This document shows, piece by piece, positions 14,461-28,466 of a DNA stretch of 64,000 bases. Source of the DNA: Octopus sinensis (taxonomy: Eukaryota); contig NC_042997.1 in NCBI RefSeq assembly GCF_006345805.1, positions 45,136,001 to 45,200,000 of the forward strand. Direction: 5' to 3'. Every line of letters begins with the position of its first letter. Position 1 is the stretch's first letter. A program made the translations under genes and the position numbers. Below the pieces are notes generated by a model, which was given only the letters and a program-made list of their open reading frames with translations, made no database searches and was not told where the DNA came from.

Positions 14461-15542
14461 CAAAATATAGGATAGGTGCAGCATGGCCACGTTGTTAAGA
14501 AGCTCACTGTACAACCAGATAATTTGGTTTCACTGCATGACCCCTCAGGCAAGTATCTTCTGCTACAGCCTTGAGCCTACTAATGTCTTCTTTGGTAGTT
14601 GTTGGAAACACACATGTTTTCTATTAATGTTTGTTTTTATGTTCAATTATAATAAAAACACTTTTACATTAATCTGATGGGTTATTCTATACTTTTGTAT
14701 GTTACAAATTTATAATTCTAAAGAATATTATTGTCAGTGATTTCAAAGTTTCAACCAGTTAAGCCATTGTCAGGTGATGGCTCAGCTGGCCCAAACTTCA
14801 AAGTCACTGCCAACAACATTCTTGTATAAGAATAATATATATATGTATATATACACACACAAACACACATAGATATAGATGTATGTATGCATGAGTGCAT
14901 GTGCCTATCTGTTTGTCTTCTGCATTGCTTGACAACTGGTATTGGTTTATGCCCCTGTAACCTAGCAGCTCAACAAAAATGATCAACAGAATAAGTGCTA
15001 CCAGACTTTAAAAAAAATAAGCACTGGAGTAGATTTGTTTGACTAAATAATTTAAGACGGTGCTCCAACATGCCCACTGTCCAATAACTGAAACAAGTAA
15101 AATATAAAAGATAAAAGGGACAGCACTGAAGCTACCAATCACAACTGGTATCAATTTGACCAACTGAGATGGTACATGGTTTACATTTCTCCAGTAAACC
15201 CACATCAACAGTTGTTTCGTTAGTATCAAACGAGCCAGAAGATTGTACTCATGTTTTGTTTAAGAAGATATAATCAGGAAACCTTTGCTGCCACAATATT
15301 TAGAGCTATATGAAGCTTTTCATCAGACCCCAATATTTTGTAATTTCCACTAAAATCAACATCTTACTATCAGTACTGATCACCAAAAAATTACCTCTGT
15401 TACCTGAAAGCCCAGTTCTACTGTTTTCTCTTAGTATGAAGGACAGATGAGAATGAGAGACACAGAACTCCTTCAACCTCTGTACAGTCTACATGATCAG
15501 AGCATCGTGAACATTAGTCAAACTTGAGGAGATTCAGCATGC

Positions 15543-15930
15543 AGGTGGCTGAGTACTCCACAGACGTGGATACCATATGGTAGTTCTTGAGGAGATTCAG
15601 CATGACACACCAAGTGTGACAAGGCTAGTCCACTGAACTGCAGGTACCACACATTTTTGCCTTTGGAGTAGACTGGGGCAATGTGAAATAAAGTATCTTG
15701 CTCAAGGATGCAATGTACTGTCAGGAATCAAACTCAGGATTGTGAGCAGAATACACTAACCATTAAGTCACTGTCATTACTAAATAGGGGACACTAGTCC
15801 ATGCACATCTAAAAGGTAGTATATACAACATCGACTACATTCGGATGGTGCTTTTTATGTGCCACTAGCACGGGGAGCCAGTCAGCCGGATCTGGCAGTG
15901 ACCCACGCATGAATGAATGGTGCTTATCAT
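15543..15930 (+). repeat. Local direct duplication of 18456-18866
   Basis: About 390 bp of near-identical composite sequence (SINE D-like part, unique spacer, RTE 3' UTR units). Confidence 0.85.
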
Positions 15931-17104
15931 TCAATATAAGTAAAGTTTTTTACTAGAGTTAGGATTTATATGATTGTTAGACGAAACTTAGCCACACGTA
16001 AGAACAAACTTTTATACTTGAACTTCATTTAATTTTTTGTAAAGCCAAACTATTGCAGTTTTACAAACTTGTAAGCTTCAGACTGTTCACTCCTTTTGTT
16101 TGCCATTATACCAGAGTCCAGATTAAACCAGTAAATTCTTTTCTCCAACAGCAACAAGATTTGCAACTATCTGCCAGTAATGGATAGACTTAGCAGTGGA
16201 TTATTCTCTATATAAGCTAATTATTTTATAGGAAAGCATATACTGACATTTTTTTTCCCTCAGTTTCTTTACTGACTAGCTTTACAGATAGCCACATTAG
16301 AGAAAGTTGTCAGCATGTAGCAAACAACTTGCTCTATGAATTCGACACTATGCAGTTTTTAGTACACGAGACTGATTTACTTGTCCATTATAAATGCAAA
16401 CTATATCATTGCCTGTGTTAACTCTCATTGACAAATGTCACATTCCCATTCTCTGGGGGATCATCAAGTCATAAGTGCACCATTTTTGTTGGAAGAATTT
16501 CACGTTATTTTTAGAATGTCTAATGTCAGATTTACCCAGACTTTTGGATATCTGCCATGACGCGATTCACTGGTAAACGACACATAGCTCTGTACATACA
16601 CATACACGCACAAATATTTATATTAACATTCATTGAACACGTCTTTATTGCAACTTTAGCACCACAGTTACACATTATGACTGTAAGAGCTTTGAACACG
16701 ATTTATCTTGTGCCACATTTTGCTTTGTGAGGCCAACACTTTACTGTTTTATCAATATTATAGTATAGTAAATGCTATTTTGCTAAGCTACCCTTCTACT
16801 AATTTAGAAGTAGTAGTATGTGTGATATTGGTTTTATGATTATGTTTTTATTTGCAAAACTTGTCTGTTACATATTATATGACTAAAATGTCATTTAGTT
16901 GATTGACTGATATTATGCTGTGACTTGAGGCAAGTCAATCATACTGAAACTTCAGCATTTCATCATTGGTACAGAGAAGAAAAACAAAAAGTATCAAGCT
17001 GAGAGATACTGAAACAATAACTGCCTGCTTTTAACTAGTATTCTGCCTGACATAACTTACCCTCATTTATCATAGTACTAATAATAAATATTACCTAATG
17101 CATA

Positions 17105-17277
17105 TAGGTGCAGGAGTGGCTGTGTGGTAAGTAGCTTGCTAACCAACCACATGGTTCCGGGTTCAGTCCCACTGTGTGGCATCTTGGGCAAGTGTCTTCT
17201 ACTATAGCCCTGAGCCGACCAATGCCTTGTGAGTGGATTTGGTAGACGGAAACTGAAAGAAGCCTGTCGTATATATG

Positions 17278-17310
<33 letters not shown>

Positions 17311-17533
17311 GTGTTTGTGTGTCTGTGTTTGTCCCCCTAGCATTGCTTGACGACCGATGCTGGTGTGTTTACGTCCCCGTCACTTAGCAGTTCGGCAAAA
17401 GAGACCGATAGAATAAGTACTGGGCTTACAAAAAGAATAAGTCCCGGGGTCGATTTGCTCGACTGAAGGCGGTGCTCCAGCATGGCCGCAGTCAAATGAC
17501 TGAAACAAATAAAAGAGAAAGAGAAAGAGAGAA
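17105..17533 (+). mobile_element. SINE family A, full length
   Basis: Head, internal (TA)/(TG) tract and tail intact. Confidence 0.9.
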
Positions 17534-18769
17534 AGCATAAGTCAGACAAACACATACCCCCCATCTACATCATAAAGGGAGTCGCCACATGATCATTTAA
17601 TCTGTTAGAAATAGTAGACAATTCTTCCTCAAAATATAATTTAGCATTTTCAAAAGACTAAGAACTTGTTGAACACTGTAGTCCTAGATTAGTCCTAGTT
17701 TTTTTTTAGTGCTTCTTAACCTTGGAGTCACTGTGAGCTTATATGTGGATAACAAATGTCAAGGGGGTACTATAGAGTATGATAGGTGCTTAGAAGGGTC
17801 ACAAGTTTTCTTAGGAATAAAATAAAATATCTAAACCGAGTACAGTACTTTCATATTAAACTTGTTTTAAAAGTACAGCGTCAGGGAGCAGGATGATGAT
17901 GACCACCACAACTGCAGCCACTACCATCACCATCTAACATCCATGTTCCATACTTGGCAGGATCTGGTGGATCTGTGGACTGCATCATACTTGAATGTCC
18001 GCTTTGGCATGGTTACCCTGGCTTGATGCCCTTCCAGGCACCAATCAGTTTACAACATGTACAGGGTGCTCTGTTTGTAGTACCAGCACAAATGATACCA
18101 CCACGTAGCTTTCAATACTAAGATCTCCTTCAACTGAGGAGGGGCAGGACTACAGTGGAGTGGGAGGTAGCTTTATTCTCAGAGAGGATGAATTAAAGTA
18201 TGAGGGAAGGGGCCAGAAGAGAATGGGCTTTTTTTTTTACTGTAGAAACCCATTCTGATATGAATAGGAAGTACATAGAGTTAACTGTGAGCAGAAATGT
18301 GGCTGATTATGAGTATATTAAACAAGTTTTCATCTTCTAAGGTAATTCCCATAGAAATCTAAAAGAGGGGCTGGTGGCCCTCCATCAGTCATGATGACAA
18401 GTGTTCCAGTTGATTTGATCATCAATTGAACAGCCAGCTCATGAAATTAACATTCAAGTGGCTGAGTATTCCACAGACGTGGATACCATATGGTAGTTCT
18501 TGAGGAGATTCAGCATGACACACCAAATGTGACAAGGCTGGTCCACTGAACTGTAGGTACCACACATTTTTGCCTTTGGAGTAGACTGGAGCAATGTGAA
18601 ATAAAATGTCTTGCTCAAGGATGCAATGTACTGTCAGGAATCAAACTCATGATTGTGAGCAGAATACACTAACCATTAAGTCACTGCTTTTACTAAATAG
18701 GGGACTCTAGTCCATGCACATCTAAAAGATAGTATATACAGCATGAAAAGATAATATATACAGCATTGA

Positions 18770-20397
18770 CTACATTCAGATGGTGCTTTTTATGTGCCAC
18801 TGGCATGGGGAGCCACTCAGCCGGATCTGGCAGTGATTCACGCATGAATGAATGGTGCTTATCATGTGCCACCAGTACTGGTAACAGCCACAACTACAAT
18901 TTCCATTTGATTGTGATTTGATTTTGATTTACTTGACTCAATAGGTCTCCTCAAAGCATGGAATGTCACCTGACAATTCAAAGGTACTTTTTAAATGGGC
19001 TGGTTATACGACACTGGTGTAGGCTATGGCTGTGATCTCACTTTCCTTGCCAGGTCTTCTCAGTCACAGCGTATCTCCAGAGGTTTCGGTCTTTCGTCAT
19101 TGATTCTGTAAGGTCCAGCGTTCAAAGGTCATGCTTCACCACCTCATCCCATGTCTTCCTGGGTCTCCCTCTTCCACGGGTTCCTTCCACTGTTAGGGAG
19201 TGAAACTTCTTCACACAGCTCTCCTCATCCATACATATCACATAACCATACCAGCACAGTCATCTCTCTTGCTCACCACATCTAATGCTTCTTATATCCA
19301 ACATTTCTCTCAGGGCTCTTACACTCTGTCATGTGTGCACATTACACATCCAGTGGATCATGCTAGCTTCATTTCTTTTGAGCCTATGCATGCCCTCAAC
19401 AGTCATGGCCCATGTTTCACTGCCATGAAGCATGACAGTTCACAGACATGCATTGTACTATCTACCTTTCACTGTGAGCAAGAGGCCCTTTATCACCAGT
19501 AGAGGTAGGAGCTTTCTGAACTTTGCTCAGGCTATACTTATTCTAGTGGCAATGCTTTCTGAGCAACCATCCCAACTACAGACTTGGTCACCTAGGTAGC
19601 GGATGCTATCAACTTCTTCTAGTTTCTCCTCCTAGCATGTGATGAAATCAGTTTTCTGAGCATCTGCACACAAAAGCTACCTTCCCGGTTAACTATCCTT
19701 TGATGTTGCTGCACCTCTTATGTGTCCATAGCTTACACTGAGTATATCTTATGGAGTTTCTACCTATACCTTTTCTACAGATTGAGCAGGGCCATCTACC
19801 TGAAGGGGTTTGTGATGTGTTCACTTTCCTACTTACTAGGACTTTGGTTTTTGCAATATTGACTTTAAAGCCCTTCGATTCTAAACCTTGCTTCCACACC
19901 TGAAATTTCTTCTCTAGTTCCAGTAGTGATTCCGCTATGAGAGCAAGGTCATCAGCACAGAGGCGTTCCCAGGGGCAGCCTGTCTTGAATTCCTCTGTTA
20001 TTGCCTGGAGGACTATGATGAATAAGAGGGGGCTGAGGGCTGATCCTTAGTAAACCCCTACTTCTACCCGGAAGTCTTTGCTATACTCATTGCCGACCCT
20101 TACCTTGCTAACAGCATCCCTGTACAAGGATTGTAGGTCTCTTATTAACCACTCATCAATCCCCAGTTTCCACATCACCCACCAGATAAGGGATTGGGGG
20201 CCCTGTCAAAGGCTTTCTCTAAGTCAACAGAAGCCAAGTATTGGGGTTCATCTTTGGCCAGGTATTTCTCCTGAAGTTACCGTACCAGGAAAATAGCATC
20301 AGTGGTGCTTCTACCTGGCACAAAACCAAACTGCATCTCATCTAAGCAGACTTTCTCCCTAATTAGTTGGTCTATAACCCTCTCCAGGATTTTCATA
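18770..20397 (-). mobile_element. 5'-truncated RTE-clade LINE (RT domain to 3' UTR), degenerate
   Basis: MQFGFVPGRSTTDAIF, VDLEKAFDR, CADDLAL, WKQGLESKGFKVNIAKTK, Cys-rich CSICRKG..CKLWTHKRC, MLHGSETW and GRGRPRKTW, followed by the 3' UTR with ~58-bp units. Confidence 0.9.
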
Positions 20398-20599
20398 TGA
20401 AAAGGTGGGAGGCACTGAGTTACAAAACATTAAGAATCCCCATCTTAGATAAATAAAGAGAGGATAATCATGGCAGAATTGCTTTTGGTAATGTCTACAA
20501 GGTCAAAGCTGACCTAGGGCTGAATAATAAAAAAAACTACACAGTATTCACATATAAGGAAATAGTAAATCTTTTACATGTTTTGTTTTAATATTGATT

Positions 20600-20780
20600 T
20601 CAAAATTTGGCACAAGGCCAGCAATTTTGGAGGAAGGAGTAAGTTGATTACATCAACCCCAGTGTTCAACTGGTACTTATATTATGGGCCCTAAAAGGAT
20701 GAAAGGCAAAACTGACGTAAGCAGAATTTGAACTCAGTATATTAAAATCGATAAAATGCTGCTAAGCTGCCTCGTATTAA
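20600..20780 (-). mobile_element. SINE family B, degenerate, alternative tail
   Basis: ggatgaaaggcaaa...gaatttgaactcag core; tail ccttgtgccaaattttgaaatc. Confidence 0.7.
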
Positions 20781-20819
20781 CTAATATTAACAAAGAATAA
20801 ATACTTAACACATCTGTAA

Positions 20820-21270
20820 ACAGGCGCAGGAGTGGCTGTGTGGTAAGTAGCTTGTTCCCCATCTGTAAATAGGCGCAGGAGTGTCTGTGTGGTAAGTAGC
20901 TTGTCTACCAACCACATGGTTCCGGGTTCAGTCCCACTGCATGGCACCTTGGGCAAGTGTCTTCTACTATAGCCTCGGGTCGACCAAAGCCTTGTGAGTG
21001 GATTTGGTAAACGGAAACTGAAAGAAGCCTGTCATATATATGTATATATATGTATGTGTGTGTGTGCGTGTATGTTTGTGTGTGGCCCCCTAGCATTCCT
21101 TGACAACCGATGCTGGTGTGTTTATGTCCCCGTCACTTAGCGGTTCAGCAAAAGAGACTGATAGAATAAGTACTGGGCTTACAAAGAATAAGTCCCGGGG
21201 TCGAGTTGCTCGATTAAAGGCGGTGCTCCAGCATGGCCACAGTCAAATGACTGAAACAAGTAAAAAAAAA
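20820..21270 (+). mobile_element. SINE family A with tandemly duplicated 5' head
   Basis: catctgtaaa(c/t)aggcgcaggagtg(g/t)ctgtgtggtaagtagcttg occurs twice, about 50 bp apart. Confidence 0.9.
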
Positions 21271-21537
21271 AAAAAAAGTACAAAAAAAAAAAGTAATGGA
21301 TGATAGATTACTACCCAAGGGTGGCAAGTCTGCATTTGATTCAACAATTTCTGAGATATATGACTTTATGGATGATATTACAATGAAATCATGCTTCTCG
21401 TTTCATGCTAACAACATCGGAGTGATATTTTATAATAACAGAGCTATTACATGAGCCAACAACAAAATTCTATGAGATCAATTTATCTTCAAGAAATAGC
21501 GTATAAATCTCCCTCAAATTACACAAACTTAATTGCA

Positions 21538-21568
<31 letters not shown>

Positions 21569-21569
<1 letters not shown>

Positions 21570-21920
21570 CGGCAGATGACAACGTGTCTCTAAAAGAAAT
21601 GGAGAAAATTTAAAAATACAAAGACCTGGAAATAGAGGTAACCAGAATGTGGAATCTAAAAACAGAAACAATCCCTATCATAGTAGGTGCATTAGGCATG
21701 ATAAAAAAATATTCAGACAAATACATAACAAAAACACCAGGACTTACAAACACACATAACATACAGAAAATTGCACTACTAGGCACTGCACACATCCTAC
21801 GCAGAGCACTTTCCATACAATAACCATCAGAGCATCACAACAAATCACAGCACATACCCAAGGCACACAGAGCTGCGCTCGGTAGTGAAGTGAAAGCAAA
21901 CTATAAAAATAAAACTACTG
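21569..21920 (+). mobile_element. 3' fragment of an R4/Dong-type (restriction-like endonuclease) non-LTR retrotransposon within (TAA)n
   Basis: KEMEKI*KYKDLEIEVTRMWNLKTETIPIIVGALG...IQKIALLGTAHILRRAL* is a typical RLE-domain C-terminus; (TAA)n tracts on both sides. Confidence 0.75.
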
Positions 21921-21945
21921 AATAATAATAATAATAATATAATAA

Positions 21946-21975
<30 letters not shown>

Positions 21976-21976
<1 letters not shown>

Positions 21977-22455
21977 TTTTGTCTTGGTATAAAAGATGGG
22001 CTACAGCAAATATTCTGCTCAATACCACAGATTTGCTTGTCAGTTGTTTGACCGTAACCAGTTGAGCATGTCCCTTAGTGGCTGACGATATGTGCATCTC
22101 TGATCACGAGCAGAAGTAGTGGGGGAGCATCATAGCCAGGTGTTGAGAAGGATTCTTTGGGGTTTGAATAATTCACCTCTGGAAACATGGGTGTTTCATT
22201 CAACATCCTTAAACAACCCTTATTCAGGGACCTTTCGAGTGGGATGGGTTACTTGACCTGAAGAAAATTCTAACTGGGCCCCACCTGCAAGGTCATGTGC
22301 TGTTTATCTTGTTATGAGATCACCATGTCACGCACACATGGTTGTGATGCATGTGCCTAGTGTACCCTTATCAGACAGGTAGTCATGATGGCTATACTGG
22401 GCTTCGTATATTTTACCCCAGTGTCACTTTGATGGCATGCACTGCTCTCTCACTC
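21976..22455 (+). mobile_element. Unclassified ~500-550-bp non-coding interspersed element bounded by (TAA)n, copy 1
   Basis: Homologous to 55398-55946 (+) and 37690-37990 (-). Confidence 0.75.
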
Positions 22456-22489
<34 letters not shown>

Positions 22490-22646
22490 GAAGGATACAA
22501 AGGGTAATCCTCAACAAGAATCCTTTTTAAATATCCATCTTTCATGCTGACATGGGTTGGACAGCTTGAAATGATCTGACAGGTCTGGGAACGGCATCAT
22601 GTACCAATGTCTGCTTTGGGTAATGTAGTTCTAAATGAACTATGCC

Positions 22647-23125
<479 letters not shown>

Positions 23126-25940
23126 TAGAAAAAAAAAGACAGATGGGGTAGGTCATGATTGGAATGGTCAATCCAGACTGACCTGGTGTTGACCATTACC
23201 TTGTGAATGGAATTTGGTTGATGGAAATTGTGTGGAAGTCTATCATGCATGCATGTATGCATGTTTATATGTATGTATGCACATTTATATCTTTCACCAA
23301 CGAAAATCAGTGTACAATGTAAACATTGGTGAAACGCCAGGGCTCTTTAAATGAAATTCTTTACACTGAATTACAGACATTCTCTTGTCACTGTTGCCAT
23401 CAGATATGCAGTGAACCATTAACAACCTGTTACCATTGATACTGTTGTTCACAAAGTGTGATATATAATTAAATAAATAAATAAACAAATAAGAACATTG
23501 CACCCCTTCAATAATAATCCTGGTTTCTGAGCACAGAAAAATGTTAAGTTCTGAACATTACATAAAACACCTGAATGGCCAGCAAACAGAACATGGAGAA
23601 AAATATTTGACTAAAAGTAAGATTAAATATCATTTGAGCACTTATTATTACTGGGGAAAAAAGTACATAAATAAAAGTGAAAATGTCACTAGGTTACAAG
23701 CAACACATCGTGTTTATCAATGACTATCCTAATTATGTCTCTGTCATAACAACAACAGCAACATTCTGAAAATAATACTGAAGAATTCACTTCACATTGC
23801 AAATAGTTATCACCATTATCATCATCATCATTTTAATGTCCTCTTTTCCGTGACTGCATGGGCTGGATGGAATTTATTGAGGCAAGCAAATTTTCTATGG
23901 CTGGATGCCCTCTCTGTCACCAATCCTTACTTGTTTCCAAAGAAGATGATATTTCCTCATGGCCAGACATATTTTCACAAAACATTGGAGAAGAATGACA
24001 TTGCTTGTATGATGGTGACATCCATTTAAAACAATAACATGATGTCAAGACAAGATACACACACACACACATAATGAACTTCTTCAGTTTCTATCTACTA
24101 AATTGACTCACAAGGCTTTGGTCAGTCCAGGATTATAGTAACAGACATTTTCCCAAAGTTGTGACACAGTGGCACAGTGGCACAGAACCCCAAATCAAGC
24201 AGATGGGAAGTAAAGTTCTTAACTACACAACCAGAAGTTAGAATCAAAATCATTCAGTTCAATAGATTTTTCCTTTCAGATTTCCTCAGAGCATGCTCAG
24301 TTGGTCCCAAAAACTCAACAGTGTACCAATGTAAAGCCAATAGCTTGCTCATAGCACACACAAAAGAAAAGTACAAGTAAATAAACATCAACTGTGATAT
24401 TAGTTTCAGTGTTAGACCACTTTAAATTTGCATTTAATAGCAGAATATCAACAGGAAATGTTGTTAACATCTGCTGACTGAATAGATGAGTCAGTAAGAG
24501 AGCCTGAGTATGGTTGTCGATCTGCTAGAAATAAAAGACAAGTCATCCCTTAAATTACACCCTGTCCTGCTCTCTTGAAAAGGGAGACACACATTCAATA
24601 ATGTAGTCCTAGAGAAACAATAAATGAAAGAAGAGCAGGGATGGCCATTACTGGAATACCTTTGATCACAGGTCTGCTCAGTCCAGGTATTACTTGGGAT
24701 GAAATTACTACAGCTGCAGATACCACTGCTGCTGTTGCTAAGACTTGTCTCTCGACAATCTTCAATCAGAGCTTCTAAAGATAAAATAACAACCCAAAGT
24801 GTAAACTAACTACAAAATTCCCTCTGTGCATCTAACATAACAAAACCATACTAGAATACAGTTTGCCTAGTGTGCGGGATGTATGGAGTACAACTCAACA
24901 ACGGTAACATCACAATGGTATTTATTTATACCGACATGTAGCATCAGAAGAATAATAAACTCATCTGTTACTTCATAATCAATTCGAATAGCCACCATAA
25001 GAATAGGAAAATATTGAAATAAGATGCAGCAAGAAGTCCAAGTATAAGAATCCTTTGAAACACAATAAAATCCTGCAGTGTCTCAAGGCTGCCAATAATT
25101 TCAAAACAAACTGTTCAAAACAACAATAACTGAAGCAGATAATTCTATTGTCAGAACTATCCAACCCATGCTAACTTAGGAAAGAGAATTTCAGATATTA
25201 AGAAACTATCAAATATGAGCTATTTAACATAAACTATATAAATTCTTCTACTTCAAAAGGAAGTTAGGAAGAAACAACAACAACAACATGAATTTTATTA
25301 CAGATTATAATCTGTATATTGCATTTGACCAAAATGAAGAATCTTCTGGACTAGTTAGTTGTAGAGAAAGAGAGAGACAGAGCTAGCAATGAACATACAT
25401 TATTTCCAAATTATTAATCAAGTGTGCTATTAAATGATGGAAATTTAATTAAAATTGAATGATGAGGAAAACTGAAATTATGATTTGAAAATTTAAAACA
25501 ATTATCGTCTGTGGTTTGTTTATTAGAATGAAAATTAAGCAAGATATAAGAAAATCAGAAGGAAAAAATGGAATGCTACTCGAAGCTATAAGATTTACAG
25601 ATTTGAATCATAAGAGCTGGATGTATTCTTTGAATGGTTCCAGATCAATGTTATTTAAATTGTCTGCAACAGCCTGAGGTACAGAAACAGGTTCTAGGAG
25701 TACTGGAAGAGTGTTACATTTACAACACGAACAGGCTTAAGTCATTAATAATATAAAGATAAACATCAAAAGTTTAAAAATCAAAATAACATAGCCACTG
25801 GGGTAAAAGGCAATATGAAAAAAAGGTATGACAATGGTAGGCAAATAAAATTGCCCTACTAATGAGGTTAAATGTCATTAGTTCAAGTTTTGACATTGTT
25901 TTGCCTTGAGCCAGGTCTAAATCAATGAATCTATCATTAA

Positions 25941-26160
25941 CCCTTTAGTGTTTAAACCGGCCATATCAGGCCAAAATAGTCTTCCTGTTTTATGCTCAAA
26001 CCAGCCAGCTCTGACCTCTCACACCTACCCTACAAAGTCATTCTAAAAATAAACAGGGACATCATCAAAATCTCAGAGTTACAAGATGCTGTACAATTAA
26101 TTTAAAATAATGTGATTAAACAGGCTTTACATTTGACAGAGTAATCTGAATGCTAAAGGG
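25941..26160. mobile_element. piggyBac-type MITE (second family)
   Basis: TTAA|CCCTTTAG ... CTAAAGGG|TTAA; homologous to 57816-58444. Confidence 0.8.
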
Positions 26161-26184
26161 TTAAAGGTATTCTAGACATGATCA

Positions 26185-26426
26185 TTTTATATATATTTCT
26201 TTACTACCCACAAAGGGCTAAACAAAGAGAGGACAAACAAGGACAGACACACCGATTAAGTCGATTATATCGACCCCCAGTACGTAACTGGTACTTATTT
26301 AATCGACCCCGAAAGGATGAAAGGCAAAGTCGACCACGGCGGAATTTGAACTCAGAACGTAACGGCAGACGAAATACGGCTACGCATTTCGCCCGGCGTG
26401 CTAACGATTCTGCCAGCTCGCCGCCT
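26185..26426 (-). mobile_element. SINE family B, young copy
   Basis: CpG-rich, near-consensus copy (ggcggcgagctggcagaatcgttagcacgccgggcgaaatgcg). Confidence 0.9.
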
Positions 26427-27729
26427 TATGATCATTTTATATAGCCATGACTATATTATCCTTTGTGCCCGTTTTTTTAGACAATAAGGTGTGATTTGAG
26501 GAAGAATTGGTTGCTATTTCTAGAATGTTGATTAACCAAATAATCTTTCCTTTATAGCATTGTTCAAATTCTTTTTTATCGCAAGCATTGTATTATATTG
26601 CTTGGTTTGACATCTTCTTTTTCTCTTCTATCTGTTCAGTTAGAAATATTATGCACACTCTAGGATAATATATTTGGTGCTAAAAAAGAAACCGTCGACT
26701 TTAAAAGATTTGCAACAATACATTGTACACAAATGTCCTAGTTAGTAAACTCATTTAACTAATGTTCATGCAAAACAAACAAACCCAAAAGAACAGATAT
26801 AAACTAAAAAGGATGAAAGAGAAAAAAAAAAAACTAAAACAAAAGTTATTATTTGCTGAAGAAATGGAAGACTGCCTGAAATAATTGGTAGAATATTCAA
26901 AATTTTAGGAAATGGATTCATGCGAAAACTTAATCACATGCAATATTCAGCTTTGAAACAATGCCAATATTTTTTCTTGTGATTTATCCTAAAACAATTC
27001 CATGTGTTTAAATTGCAGGGTATTCTATCTATGTATATGAACAGATAATTTGGTAAGTAAGAAAATATGATGAATGCTCTTGAGATTCTGTGCAGAATTG
27101 TCAGCAGTGACCATTATAATAATAACACTGAATAATATTCAGATTACCATATGAAGTCCCTAAATGTTAACATAACAATGACCTTAAATATATGTATGAG
27201 TGTGTGTGTGTATTGTATACATATTTAATATATACACATATACATACAAATACATACGCAAATATATATATATATATGTAAATACATATATATATATACA
27301 CACACACACATACACACACAGACACACACACACACAACAAGAGGTAAAAGGGATTAATATGCATGTTCATACATATAGATATATATGTACACACGCTCAC
27401 ATCTTGTCAAAAATATCTTCGGCAATCTTCCATCAAAGAACTTGGCAGGTCCATAAAGAAATTGTTTTAAATTTTGGATATTCAGCATTTCTGATTCCCA
27501 AGAGAAGAATAGAATGCTTTCCAATCTATTAAGAACTGAAAGCTCCATGTCTAATACAGACTTCAAAATGTGTCTATAACATGGAATTAAAAAAAAAAGT
27601 AAACAAAATAAAACAATCTACCAGTAATTTGATAAGATATTCAAAGTATTCTGTATTCGGAAATGTCAACATGAAAATACTTTATAATCACTCAACATTG
27701 CACCTATAAAATAACCATATTTTACTTCC

Positions 27730-27771
<42 letters not shown>

Positions 27772-28007
27772 CATACATATGTATAAATTTAGTGTTGACT
27801 GGTGGAAAAAAATGTACTCAATACCATAGTCGAGATAAATAATATTTTATTTTGGGCAAGTTGGTCTCTTGCTAATCGGAGTTTTGCCAATGAGTACACA
27901 GGGTCTTCAGACAAGTTATAACATGTAACTTGGCTGAAGACCTTTTGTACCCACAGGTGAAACTCAGTATAGCCAGAAACTGATTCAACCAAAATAATAT
28001 ATATATA

Positions 28008-28341
28008 AAGGTGTGGCTGTGTGGTAAGACGCTTGCTTCCCAACCACATGGTTCCGGGTTCAGTCCCACTGTGTGACACTTTGGGCAAGTGCCTTCTACT
28101 ATAACCCCTAGCTAACAAAAGCCTTGTGAGTGGATTTTGTAAATGGAAACTGAAAGAAGCCCATTTTGTGTGTGTGTGTGTGAACACATGTATCTGTGTT
28201 CGTCCCCCACCTCTTTATAACTGGTGTTGGTGTGTTTATGTTCCTGTAACTTAGCAGTTCAGCAAAAGTATTCAATAGAATAAGTACCAGCTTTTAAGAA
28301 AAAAAGTACTGGGGTCATTTCATTTGACTGAAACAAGTAAA
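28008..28341 (+). mobile_element. SINE family A, older copy
   Basis: Diverged but collinear with the family. Confidence 0.8.
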
Positions 28342-28413
28342 AACAATCAATTAATGTCTGTTGTCCATGTTGCCAGGTCCAACCCCAAAATGTATATATA
28401 CACATATACATAC

Positions 28414-28466
<53 letters not shown>

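Noticed and set aside
17480-17515. SINE A tail hairpin CAGTC-AAAT-GACTG followed by GAAAC as a hammerhead
   Set aside because: There is no CUGANGA box upstream and no stem I or III.
26700-27720. Possible hAT-like transposase relic (similar AT-rich stretches at 29.1-30.0k and 56.6-57.5k)
   Set aside because: Only vague, stop-ridden similarity and no recognisable termini; not supportable without a search.
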